From: Opitutaceae bacterium
Lineage (GTDB): Bacteria > Verrucomicrobiota > Verrucomicrobiia > Opitutales > Opitutaceae
Direction: 5' to 3'
Length of the DNA: 64,000 bases
Assembly: GCA_017994935.1 (NCBI GenBank)
Contig: JAGOJU010000016.1
Span: 3,232 to 67,231, forward strand
Each line of letters opens with the position of its first letter. Position 1 is the stretch's first letter. Below the pieces are notes generated by a model. The model worked only from the letters and a program-made list of their open reading frames with translations, made no database searches and was not told where the DNA came from. Made by a program: the position numbers and the translations under genes. Shown here piece by piece: positions 22,160 to 30,735 of the stretch.

Positions 22160-22975
22160 ATGCGTTACATTGAACCGCACGGCCATATGGTGAGCCGGAC
22201 AACCGATGATTACCAGGCCATGGTGGCCGCCGGGTGCGCGGCCGTCTGTGAGCCTGCCTTCTGGGCCGGGTATGATCGCGGGTCGGTGGAGGGCTTTCGC
22301 GATTATTTCAGGCAGTTGACGGAGTACGAACCGGCGCGTGCGGCGAAATTTCTGCTGCCGCACTATGCATGGCTTTGTCTCAATCCGAAGGAGTCGGAGG
22401 ATCTCCGTCTCGCCGCCGATGTGCTGGCGATGATTCCCGAATTCCTCGGGAGGAAGAACGTGCTCGGCATCGGCGAGATCGGCCTGAATCGCAATACACG
22501 CAACGAGCTGAAGGTCCTTGAACAGCACGTCGAACTCGCGGTGAGGCATGACCAGCTCATCCTCGTGCACACCCCCCATCTGGAGGACAAGAAAAAGGGG
22601 ACGCAGCTGATTGTGGACCTGCTTCGATCCCACCCGGGTGTGAAGCCGTCGCGGGTGATCATCGATCACGTCGAGGAGCACACTATCCGGCAGGTGCTCG
22701 ACCGGGGCTACTGGGCTGGCATCACGTTGTATCCCGACTCGAAATCATCGCCGCCGCGCGCGGTCGACATGCTTGAGATCTGCGGCCGCGACCGCATCTG
22801 GCTCAATTCCGCATGCGACTGGGGTGTCAGTGATCCGCTGGCCGTTCCCAAGACCGCGCTCGAAATGCGCCGACGGGGTTATGATGCGGAATTCGTCGAC
22901 CAGGTGCTCTACCAGAATCCGCTGCGTTTCCTTTCGCAGTGTCCCAAGTTTTTCGTCAGCCAGTCTGCCGGATGA
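22160..22975 (+). CDS. eboB: TatD-related metal-dependent hydrolase (EboB-like)
   Basis: Amidohydrolase-fold N-terminal HxH ([10 protein letters not shown]), [16 protein letters not shown]. The stop overlaps the next start (ATGA at 22972-22975). Confidence 0.7.
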   Translation: MRYIEPHGHMVSRTTDDYQAMVAAGCAAVCEPAFWAGYDRGSVEGFRDYFRQLTEYEPARAAKFLLPHYAWLCLNPKESEDLRLAADVLAMIPEFLGRKNVLGIGEIGLNRNTRNELKVLEQHVELAVRHDQLILVHTPHLEDKKKGTQLIVDLLRSHPGVKPSRVIIDHVEEHTIRQVLDRGYWAGITLYPDSKSSPPRAVDMLEICGRDRIWLNSACDWGVSDPLAVPKTALEMRRRGYDAEFVDQVLYQNPLRFLSQCPKFFVSQSAG

Positions 22976-24186
22976 AACTCAATCACGGGCTCCATCTGGC
23001 CTATTGCACGAATGTCCATCGAGGCGACACCTGGGAGGAAACCTGGCGCGCGCTCCGGGAGCATACTCTTGCGGTGCGACGCAGGGTGGCTGCGGGCCGG
23101 AGTTATGCGATCGGCCTGAGGCTCAGTCACCGCGCGGCGTGTGAACTCTCGCTGGGTGACAACCTGGACGCCTTTCGGCGCTGGATGGATGCGGAGGACT
23201 GCTACGTTTTCACCATCAACGGATTTCCCTACGGAAGCTTCCACGGCTCGCGAGTGAAGGAGCAGGTCTATGCGCCCGACTGGTCCACACCGGAGCGGCT
23301 CGACTACACCTCCCTTCTTTTTGAACTCCTGGTGAAGCTTGTGCCCAGGGGGGCCTCCGGCAGTGTCAGTTCGGTGCCCGGCTCCTTCAAGCCCTGGATC
23401 GTGCTCGATGCGGAAAGAAGAGCGGCCATCTTCAGAAACCTGACTGCGGCCGGCAGGTACATTGCGGAACTGGCGGACCGATCGGGATGCGACCTCCACC
23501 TCGGCCTTGAGCCGGAACCCTGCTGCCAGTTTGAAACGTCGGAGGAGACGGTTAAATTTTTTGATGCGTGGAGGGCATCGGATGCCGCAGTGGTTGCTGA
23601 CAACCTTCTGAAGCGGGTCGGAGTGAACTACGATTGCTGCCACCTTGCGGTGGAGTACGAGAATGCCCGTCCGGCGCTGGACCGCCTGCGTGCGGCCGGA
23701 CTTCGCCTGAGCAAACTCCACATCAGCTCGGCGCTGCGACTGCATCCCGACGAGGATGGTCTGGCGGCCCTGGCGAAATTCGATGAGCCGGTCTATTTCC
23801 ACCAGGTCGTTGTGAATGACACGCGAACCGACAGGATACGCCGGTACGTGGATCTCCGGTATGCCCTGGTGGATGCGGAAGGCTACCTGCCGGACAAGGA
23901 ATGGCGGGTCCACTTTCACCTGCCGCTTCACGCGGCCCCGGGTAGTCCATTCATGGATACGCGTGAGCACGTGCTTGAGGCCTTTGACTGGATGGCCGGG
24001 AATCCGGGGGTGATCGAGCATGCCGAGATGGAAACGTACACATGGGAGGTGCTTCCTCCTGGGTTGCGCATCGGGATCGAGGAGCAACTGGTGCGCGAGT
24101 ATGCGTGGACCCTTCGAGGCCTGGCCAGCCGGGGACTGGCGGAAGAGACTCTCGCCGCCACCGTGGAAGCGGCCCGCCGCTTGTGA
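22972..24186 (+). CDS. eboE: Xylose-isomerase-like TIM-barrel protein (EboE-like)
   Basis: [23 protein letters not shown]... TIM-barrel-type sugar-phosphate isomerase/epimerase-like sequence. ATG at 22972. Confidence 0.65.
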   Translation: MKLNHGLHLAYCTNVHRGDTWEETWRALREHTLAVRRRVAAGRSYAIGLRLSHRAACELSLGDNLDAFRRWMDAEDCYVFTINGFPYGSFHGSRVKEQVYAPDWSTPERLDYTSLLFELLVKLVPRGASGSVSSVPGSFKPWIVLDAERRAAIFRNLTAAGRYIAELADRSGCDLHLGLEPEPCCQFETSEETVKFFDAWRASDAAVVADNLLKRVGVNYDCCHLAVEYENARPALDRLRAAGLRLSKLHISSALRLHPDEDGLAALAKFDEPVYFHQVVVNDTRTDRIRRYVDLRYALVDAEGYLPDKEWRVHFHLPLHAAPGSPFMDTREHVLEAFDWMAGNPGVIEHAEMETYTWEVLPPGLRIGIEEQLVREYAWTLRGLASRGLAEETLAATVEAARRL

Positions 24187-24929
24187 TGACGCTTGCGGAG
24201 AAGCCCGTCCGAAGTCCGTTTGGAATCTGGCTCGACCTGTCGCGAGCCGGCAATTTTCCGTCGATCTGGAGCAATGCCCTTGCGGCACTCGTCATCTCCT
24301 CACCTGAGGCAGGCGTGTTCCCATTGGCGGGGATGACGGGGCTCGTTTTCCTCGCGGGCAGTCTGGCCTATGCGGGCGGCACAACGCTGAATGATGTGGC
24401 GGATGTCGAGTTTGACTCGATCCATCGCCCGGAGCGCGCGATACCCCGCGGCCTGGTGGCGCGAGGGACTGCGGCATGGCTTGGTTTTGGGCAGCTTTTC
24501 ATCGGGCTTGGACTCCTGATATTTGCGGGGGCCTCATCCCTGGCGGTGCTTGGGCTCGGCGGCGTTATTGTCGCGTATGACTGGCTCCACAAACGTTGGT
24601 CCGGTTCGGTAGCGCTGATGGCCGGGTGCCGGATCATGCTGGCGGTTTCAATTGCAACACTGCCGGGGCAGCTGATGCGCATGCCCTTCCTTCTTTGGCT
24701 GGCGGGTCTGTTCCTCTATATCGTGATTCTAAGTGTGCTGGCCCGGCGTGAATACCGTCCGGGTGCGTCTTCGGAGAGGCTGGGCAGGGTGGTCCGGCGC
24801 CTGCTGGCGTTCATCCCGCTGGTCGACGCCATCGCGCTGGTTGTCACCATGGCCTGGATACCGGCTGCCTGCTGCCTGCTGGCGGTGCCGCTTGGCCGAT
24901 GGGCGCAGCGCCTTGCAGCGTCGAGCTGA
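24186..24929 (+). CDS. eboC: UbiA-family prenyltransferase (EboC-like)
   Basis: Polytopic membrane protein with the UbiA motif NDVADVEFDSIHRPERAIPRG. Its ATG overlaps the preceding stop (TGATG at 24184-24188). Confidence 0.75.
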   Translation: MTLAEKPVRSPFGIWLDLSRAGNFPSIWSNALAALVISSPEAGVFPLAGMTGLVFLAGSLAYAGGTTLNDVADVEFDSIHRPERAIPRGLVARGTAAWLGFGQLFIGLGLLIFAGASSLAVLGLGGVIVAYDWLHKRWSGSVALMAGCRIMLAVSIATLPGQLMRMPFLLWLAGLFLYIVILSVLARREYRPGASSERLGRVVRRLLAFIPLVDAIALVVTMAWIPAACCLLAVPLGRWAQRLAASS

Positions 24930-25004
24930 GTGCGACATGCCCCGGCCCCTGGCAATGAGGCCTTGCTGTCCACGGGCGGATCTGGACTTAATTCCCATTC
25001 ACCC

Positions 25005-26177
25005 ATGGCAGCGCTTTTGAAATCCGTCTCGCAATCCATTCAGGTGCAGCAGGAGCACCAGCTGATTTTTGCGCGGGATGTATTTGATCCGGCTAGTGAG
25101 GTGCTGGGAAGCGTGCTGACACCGAAGGAGGCGGGTGAGCAGGTGCGCGCGGTGGTCTTCTGGGACCGCGGTCTGGAGAAGGCATTTCCCGGGTATGGGG
25201 CGCGCATTTCCGGATGGTTCTCTGCGCATACGGAGAGCATTCACCTTGCCGCGGCGCCGGTGGGACTTGATGGCGGGGAGAGGGTCAAGAATGAGTTTTC
25301 CCAGCTCGAGCGCATCTGGCGGGTGATAGAATCTGCGGGCCTGTGCCGCCATTCCTACGTTGTGGTGGTTGGCGGCGGGGCGGTGCTTGACCTGGTCGGG
25401 TTTGCAGCGGCCACGGCCCATCGGGGGATACCGCTGATCCGCCTCCCCAGCACGAGTCTCAGCCAGGGAGATGGCGGCGTCGGCGTGAAGAATGGGGTGA
25501 ACTATTTCGGCAAGAAGAACTGGCTCGGTTCGTTCAGTGTCCCTCATGCCGTGATCAACGACCTGTCGCTCCTTCAGGGCCTGCCTGTGCGCGAACGAAG
25601 GGCCGGACTGGTCGAGGCGGTGAAGGTCGCGCTTATCCGTGACGCGGCGTTTTTCGAGTCGATCGCCGCGCAGTCGAAGGAACTGGCCGCGTTTCAGAAT
25701 GCGGCCTTTGAGCGTGTGATCTGCGAAAGTGCCCGACAGCACATCGAGCACATCGCGACAGCGGGGGATCCCTTCGAGCGCGGTTCGGCGCGTCCCCTCG
25801 ATTTTGGCCACTGGTCGGCCCACAAGTTGGAACAGCTTTCACAATTTGAATTGTCGCACGGCGAGGCCGTGGCTGTGGGGATGGCGATGGATATCATCTA
25901 TGCGCGCCGCATGGGGCTGCTCCATCGCGAGGATGCCGACCGCGTGCTCGGGCTCCTGGACGAACTTGGCTTTGAACTTTACTCGCCGCTGCTCGAACTC
26001 CGCGGCCGTTCGGGATCCCGCCTTGTGCTCGACGGGCTCGAGGAGTTTCGCGAGCATCTGGGCGGACGCCTCTCCATCCCGATGATACGGGCGCCCGGTC
26101 AGCGCCTCGAGGTGCATGAGATGGATACGAAATGCGTGGAGGCGTCCATCGACGAGTTGAAGACGCGCCATGGCTGA
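25005..26177 (+). CDS. eboD: 3-dehydroquinate-synthase-like sugar phosphate cyclase (EboD-like)
   Basis: DHQS-superfamily nucleotide-binding region VVVGGGAVLDLVGFAAATAHRGIPLIRLPSTSLSQGDGGVGVKNGVN and metal-ligand His region (GHWSAHKLE...SHGEAVAVG). ATG 25005 preferred; GTG 24930 possible. Confidence 0.75.
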   Translation: MAALLKSVSQSIQVQQEHQLIFARDVFDPASEVLGSVLTPKEAGEQVRAVVFWDRGLEKAFPGYGARISGWFSAHTESIHLAAAPVGLDGGERVKNEFSQLERIWRVIESAGLCRHSYVVVVGGGAVLDLVGFAAATAHRGIPLIRLPSTSLSQGDGGVGVKNGVNYFGKKNWLGSFSVPHAVINDLSLLQGLPVRERRAGLVEAVKVALIRDAAFFESIAAQSKELAAFQNAAFERVICESARQHIEHIATAGDPFERGSARPLDFGHWSAHKLEQLSQFELSHGEAVAVGMAMDIIYARRMGLLHREDADRVLGLLDELGFELYSPLLELRGRSGSRLVLDGLEEFREHLGGRLSIPMIRAPGQRLEVHEMDTKCVEASIDELKTRHG

Positions 26178-27549
26178 GCGCCTTGCGGTACTCAATGTCG
26201 TCGGACTCACCTCGCGCCTCCTCGGCCGGGACACCCCAAACCTGTCGGCGGCTGCCGGGAGTGGCGGAGTAGTTCGCATCAAGCCGGTGCTTCCCGCGGT
26301 CACCTGCACGGCCCAGAGCACCTACCTGACGGGCCTTTCACCTTCCGGACACGGATGTGTCGCCAATGGATGGTACGATCGTGAACTCGGCGAACATCAT
26401 TTCTGGAAACAGTCGAATCACCTCGTCCACGGGCGCAAGCTCTGGGAGACGTTGCGCGAAAGGCGTCCGGGATTCACGTGCGCGAAACTTTTCTGGTGGT
26501 ACAACATGTATTCGAGTGCGGACTGGTCGATCACGCCGCGCCCGATCTACCCGGCCGACGGGCGCAAGGTTTTCGACATCTACACCCAGCCGATGGGCAT
26601 GCGGGAGGAGATCAAGTCGACGATCGGGGAATTTCCCTTTCCCTCATTCTGGGGACCGAGGGCCGGCATCGCTTCATCCGAATGGATTGCGCGCTCAGCG
26701 GAATGGATTGAGGAACGTCACCGGCCGGATCTGTCGCTTGTCTACCTGCCCCACCTTGATTACAACCTTCAGCGCCTTGGGCCGGATGATCCGGCATTGT
26801 GCGAGGATGTGAGGGCGATTGATCGCGTTGCGGGCGGACTCATCGACGGTTTTTCCAGGCGAGGGGTGAGGACCGTCGTGCTTTCCGAATACGGGATCAC
26901 GGCGGTGAAACGTTCGATTGCCCTCAACCGGATCTTTCGTGCGAAGGGCTGGATCACGATCAAGGAGGAATTGGGACGTGAACTTCTGGATTGCGGGGCG
27001 AGCCGGGCATTCGCGATTGCGGACCATCAGGTGGCTCACGTCTACGTGAGGGATGCCTCCATGATCGCCGCTGTGAAGGCGGAGATGGAGGGGATCGACG
27101 GAGTTGCGCGTGTGCTTGCGGCGGATGCACAGCGTCTTGAGGGGATCGATCATACGCGCTCCGGCGACCTGGTTGCCTATGCATCGGAGGATGCCTGGTT
27201 CAACTACTACTATTGGACGGATGATGCCAGGGCGCCGGATTTTGCCCGCTGCGTGGACATACATCGCAAGTATGGGTACGATCCCGTGGAGCTGTTTGTG
27301 AATCCCTCATTGGCGTTTCCGAAGGCCCGCATCGCCCTGAAACTCCTGCGAAAGGCGCTGGGTTTTCGTATGCTGATGGATCTGATTCCGCTGGATTCCT
27401 CCCTCGTGCGGGGATCGCATGGAACGTGTCCCTCGAACCCGGACGAGTGGCCGGTACTGATAGGAACAGGTGGGGCTGAAGGCGATGGTCCGATAGCCGC
27501 CACGCAGGTTCACGGCAGGCTGGTGGAGGCTTGCCTCGGGAGGATGTGA
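26170..27549 (+). CDS. eboF: Nucleotide pyrophosphatase/phosphodiesterase-type alkaline phosphatase superfamily enzyme (EboF-like)
   Basis: LNVVGLT...PAVTCTAQSTYLTGLSPSGHGCVANGWY (Thr nucleophile context) and SGDLVAYA regions typical of type I phosphodiesterase/NPP. Overlaps eboD by 8 nt. Confidence 0.7.
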   Translation: MAERLAVLNVVGLTSRLLGRDTPNLSAAAGSGGVVRIKPVLPAVTCTAQSTYLTGLSPSGHGCVANGWYDRELGEHHFWKQSNHLVHGRKLWETLRERRPGFTCAKLFWWYNMYSSADWSITPRPIYPADGRKVFDIYTQPMGMREEIKSTIGEFPFPSFWGPRAGIASSEWIARSAEWIEERHRPDLSLVYLPHLDYNLQRLGPDDPALCEDVRAIDRVAGGLIDGFSRRGVRTVVLSEYGITAVKRSIALNRIFRAKGWITIKEELGRELLDCGASRAFAIADHQVAHVYVRDASMIAAVKAEMEGIDGVARVLAADAQRLEGIDHTRSGDLVAYASEDAWFNYYYWTDDARAPDFARCVDIHRKYGYDPVELFVNPSLAFPKARIALKLLRKALGFRMLMDLIPLDSSLVRGSHGTCPSNPDEWPVLIGTGGAEGDGPIAATQVHGRLVEACLGRM

Positions 27550-27563
27550 TCACGCCACCGGCA

Positions 27564-29486
27564 TCAGGACGAGGTTCCGCGCAATGGAGGCGCGAGCCTG
27601 AGGTCAGGGAGGGAGTAGAAACGAACCACGGGCCTTTCCCAAAGGGCCATGTCGCCCAGGCTGTCGAGTTCGATCCGAAGTTCTGTCACGGTCGAGCGCT
27701 CGCGTCCCTGCATCAGACCGGCGAAATCCAGGTGATTCTCAATGAATGGCCGGACGATGAATCCGCTTGAACTCTGGGTGGAGATGAGGCGGTACCGCTC
27801 CTCGCTCCGGTCCACTTTTGTCGCCACCATCTGCGGCTGGTAGGCGTGATAGAGCAGCGCGTTGAGGCGTCCGAACCAGGTGGGTGTGAGATCCACCTCC
27901 ATCCAGACAGCCCCGCCGTTTGTCGGTGGCACGCTGAAGCTTTCGCCGAATGCAGGCTGGATAGTGCCAATCATGACTCTGTCTCCGCGCGCGTTTGCAG
28001 GGGGCGCATCGGACGCCTTGCGACGGAGCAGGGCGTGGGTGGGCGTGAGGTCCGCCACCTCGTAGCGTCGCGCGACCTCCAGCAATGCGAGTGAGTCCTC
28101 CTGGCCGGGATACCGCCTGTCGATGGCCTTCAGCCGGAGAACGACAAACTCGGGCGCCTCGCTTGAGGCGTAGAAGGAGGCATTCTTTTCGAGAAGCGAG
28201 CGGGTATAGGCGGTGTAGCTCTGGAAGATCGGACGCGGCCGGTGGCGGATGTGATTCAGGAGCAGAATGCCCTGCTCGTAGGTGAACAGATCCATGCCCG
28301 ACGGGTCCGCTGTTGTCACAAGGTCGACTGCGGCCACCTCCTTTGAGGCCGCAGCCGAGGCGGCCATGAAACGGCTTGTCCACGCATCGAGGTGCGTCAG
28401 CTCATGGGGAAAGCGGGTGATTCGCCTCCATGCGGTCCGTGGCCCAAAGGTCGCAAGAAACGGACTGGTCAGGGCGATGCCTGCAAGGCAGGCAACGATC
28501 GAAAGATCGTGCCGCCATGCACGCTCTGCCGTGGGAATGACCATCGTGAGGATCACACCAAAATACAGGCAGAAGAAAAAGAAACCGAAGACATGATCGT
28601 CAGCGCGGGTGAAGCCCTGTTTCCAGGCGATGAACCATTGGGTGAGGGCAAGCGCGATCATCCCCGTGCGAAGGGCCCGTGAGCCGGCGGAGCGGGCCAT
28701 TGCGATCGTCAGGAGGGCACAGTGGACAATGATCCATGCCGCGACAGCCGCGACCGCACCCGAAGGCTCCACGGCCATGGCCCAGCTGTACCCCTGGCTG
28801 ATTTCGAGGCTCAACCGGAGATACTCCTGCAGATCGGAGATCCGTTGTCCCGCGGCGAGCCAGAAAACGAGAAAGAGGGCCGTGTATCCGAAAAACAGTG
28901 ACAGCGCGACGCGCCACCGTTTCTCCGAAAGGTGGGCGACGCATGAAATCGTCACGCAGCAGAGGGCCTGCATGAGGAACACGAATTTGAAGTGTGAAAG
29001 GAGCCCGAGCCAGATCAGCGCGACCAGGCGCCGCCACCAGGGAACGTCGGAGGGGAGTAGCCACACAAGGCCCAGGAATGCGACTGTCACCGATGCGGTG
29101 TTGTCGAAGAAGGGGGCGCCGATGACAAGAAGACCGAGCAGCAGCCACCGCCTCGGCCCTTGAAATCCCGAGGTTGCTGCCACGAGCGTGCACGCCAGCA
29201 GCAGTTTGCCGATGATCTCCCAGCGGAACTTGATTCCGAGCGCAGCAACCTGATAACCGCTCAGGCTCAGGAATCCCCACGGGCCGTAGGTGAAGGCGAT
29301 CTCCGATCCGAAATGGCGCTTCTGGAGATGGGCATCGACAAGCACGGCATGCCACGATTCGAGCCCGGGGACAGGAGTGCCTGGCAGATGAATGCCTGCC
29401 AGCCAGAGCGCGGCTGTCATCAGGACGAGGAAGGGGAGTTTCGCGCCGGAAAGCCCCGTCAGGGATCCGGCGAAGGGCCGTTGCAT
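27564..29486 (-). CDS. Polytopic integral membrane protein, 640 aa, with ~250-aa C-terminal soluble domain; family unknown
   Basis: About 10-11 hydrophobic segments in residues 1-380 by eye, then a hydrophilic domain. ATG at 29486. Convergent with eboF, with a 14-nt gap. Confidence 0.7.
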   Translation of the reverse strand: MQRPFAGSLTGLSGAKLPFLVLMTAALWLAGIHLPGTPVPGLESWHAVLVDAHLQKRHFGSEIAFTYGPWGFLSLSGYQVAALGIKFRWEIIGKLLLACTLVAATSGFQGPRRWLLLGLLVIGAPFFDNTASVTVAFLGLVWLLPSDVPWWRRLVALIWLGLLSHFKFVFLMQALCCVTISCVAHLSEKRWRVALSLFFGYTALFLVFWLAAGQRISDLQEYLRLSLEISQGYSWAMAVEPSGAVAAVAAWIIVHCALLTIAMARSAGSRALRTGMIALALTQWFIAWKQGFTRADDHVFGFFFFCLYFGVILTMVIPTAERAWRHDLSIVACLAGIALTSPFLATFGPRTAWRRITRFPHELTHLDAWTSRFMAASAAASKEVAAVDLVTTADPSGMDLFTYEQGILLLNHIRHRPRPIFQSYTAYTRSLLEKNASFYASSEAPEFVVLRLKAIDRRYPGQEDSLALLEVARRYEVADLTPTHALLRRKASDAPPANARGDRVMIGTIQPAFGESFSVPPTNGGAVWMEVDLTPTWFGRLNALLYHAYQPQMVATKVDRSEERYRLISTQSSSGFIVRPFIENHLDFAGLMQGRERSTVTELRIELDSLGDMALWERPVVRFYSLPDLRLAPPLRGTSS

Positions 29487-29586
29487 TTGCCGTCCATGCG
29501 AAACAGAGCGGAGGGAAAGGCGAGAACGAATGCGACGATGAAGCGCGGGGTTGCCAGTCCCCGCCGCCTGCTGTTCGGTGGTCCCG

Positions 29587-30735
29587 ATGCCGGACAGCTC
29601 CCACTTTCAACTGCTAGCCACCGACCCCGCCAGCGCTGCGCGGCGGGGAAGGTTGCGCACGCGTCACGGAATGGTGGAAACACCGGTGTTCATGCCGGTG
29701 GGCACCCAGGGAACGGTGAAGGCTGTCACCCCGGCGCACCTGCACGAGGTCGGGGCGCAGATCATCCTGGGAAACACCTACCATCTGAACCTGCGCCCCG
29801 GGAGCGAACTGATCCGCGATCTCGGCGGTCTTCATGCCTTCATGGGATGGGACCGGCCCATTCTCACGGACAGCGGGGGATTCCAGGTTTTTTCGCTGGC
29901 GAAGCTGCGGGAGATCCGTGATGACGGGATTGCATTCCAGTCCCACATTGACGGTGCCCGCCTCTTTCTGGGTCCGAAGGAAGTGATGGCGATCCAGAGC
30001 AATCTCGGCAGCGACATCGCGATGGTCATTGATGAGTGTCCTCCCTGGCCATGTGAGAGGGATGCCTGTGTCGCTGCGGTCGAGCGCAGTCATCGCTGGG
30101 CTGCCCAATGCCGCCAGATCGCCCTCGACAGCGGATTCCTTTCAGCGGGGCATCACGTCTTTGCGATCGTCCAGGGATCCACCTTTGACGACCTCAGGAG
30201 GGAGGCAGCGGAGTCGCTGTCGGCGCTCGATTTTCCTGGCTATGCGGTTGGTGGAGTGAGTGTGGGTGAACCAGAGCCTGAAATGCTGAAGCAGGTGGGG
30301 GCGACAACGCCGCACCTGCCGGTGGGCAAGCCGCGGTACACGATGGGACTCGGTACTCCGCCGCAGTTGCTCAAGATGGTGGCGCTGGGGGTTGACATGT
30401 TTGACTGTGTGATGCCGACGCGGGTGGCGAGGAATGGCCTCGTCTTCACCCCGGATGGGCCCATGAACATCCGCAACGAGCGTTTCCGCAGGGATTCCAG
30501 GCCGCTTGTCGAAGGCCTCGTCAACTATACGAGCCGGTTCTCACGCGCCTATCTGCGCCACCTCCAGATGTCCGGTGAAATGCTCGCGGGGACGCTGCTC
30601 ACGGTGCACAACCTGCATTTCTACCTCGACCTTATGGCCCAGGCTCGCGCCCACATCGAAGCGGGCAGATTCACCCAGTGGAGCCGCGCATGGATCGAGC
30701 GCTATGAGGCCGGCGCCGCGGGCCGTGCGGACTAG
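29587..30735 (+). CDS. tgt: Queuine tRNA-ribosyltransferase (tRNA-guanine transglycosylase)
   Basis: HGMVETPVFMPVGTQGTVK, LTDSGGFQVFSL, FDCVMPTRVARNG. ATG at 29587. Confidence 0.95.
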   Translation: MPDSSHFQLLATDPASAARRGRLRTRHGMVETPVFMPVGTQGTVKAVTPAHLHEVGAQIILGNTYHLNLRPGSELIRDLGGLHAFMGWDRPILTDSGGFQVFSLAKLREIRDDGIAFQSHIDGARLFLGPKEVMAIQSNLGSDIAMVIDECPPWPCERDACVAAVERSHRWAAQCRQIALDSGFLSAGHHVFAIVQGSTFDDLRREAAESLSALDFPGYAVGGVSVGEPEPEMLKQVGATTPHLPVGKPRYTMGLGTPPQLLKMVALGVDMFDCVMPTRVARNGLVFTPDGPMNIRNERFRRDSRPLVEGLVNYTSRFSRAYLRHLQMSGEMLAGTLLTVHNLHFYLDLMAQARAHIEAGRFTQWSRAWIERYEAGAAGRAD

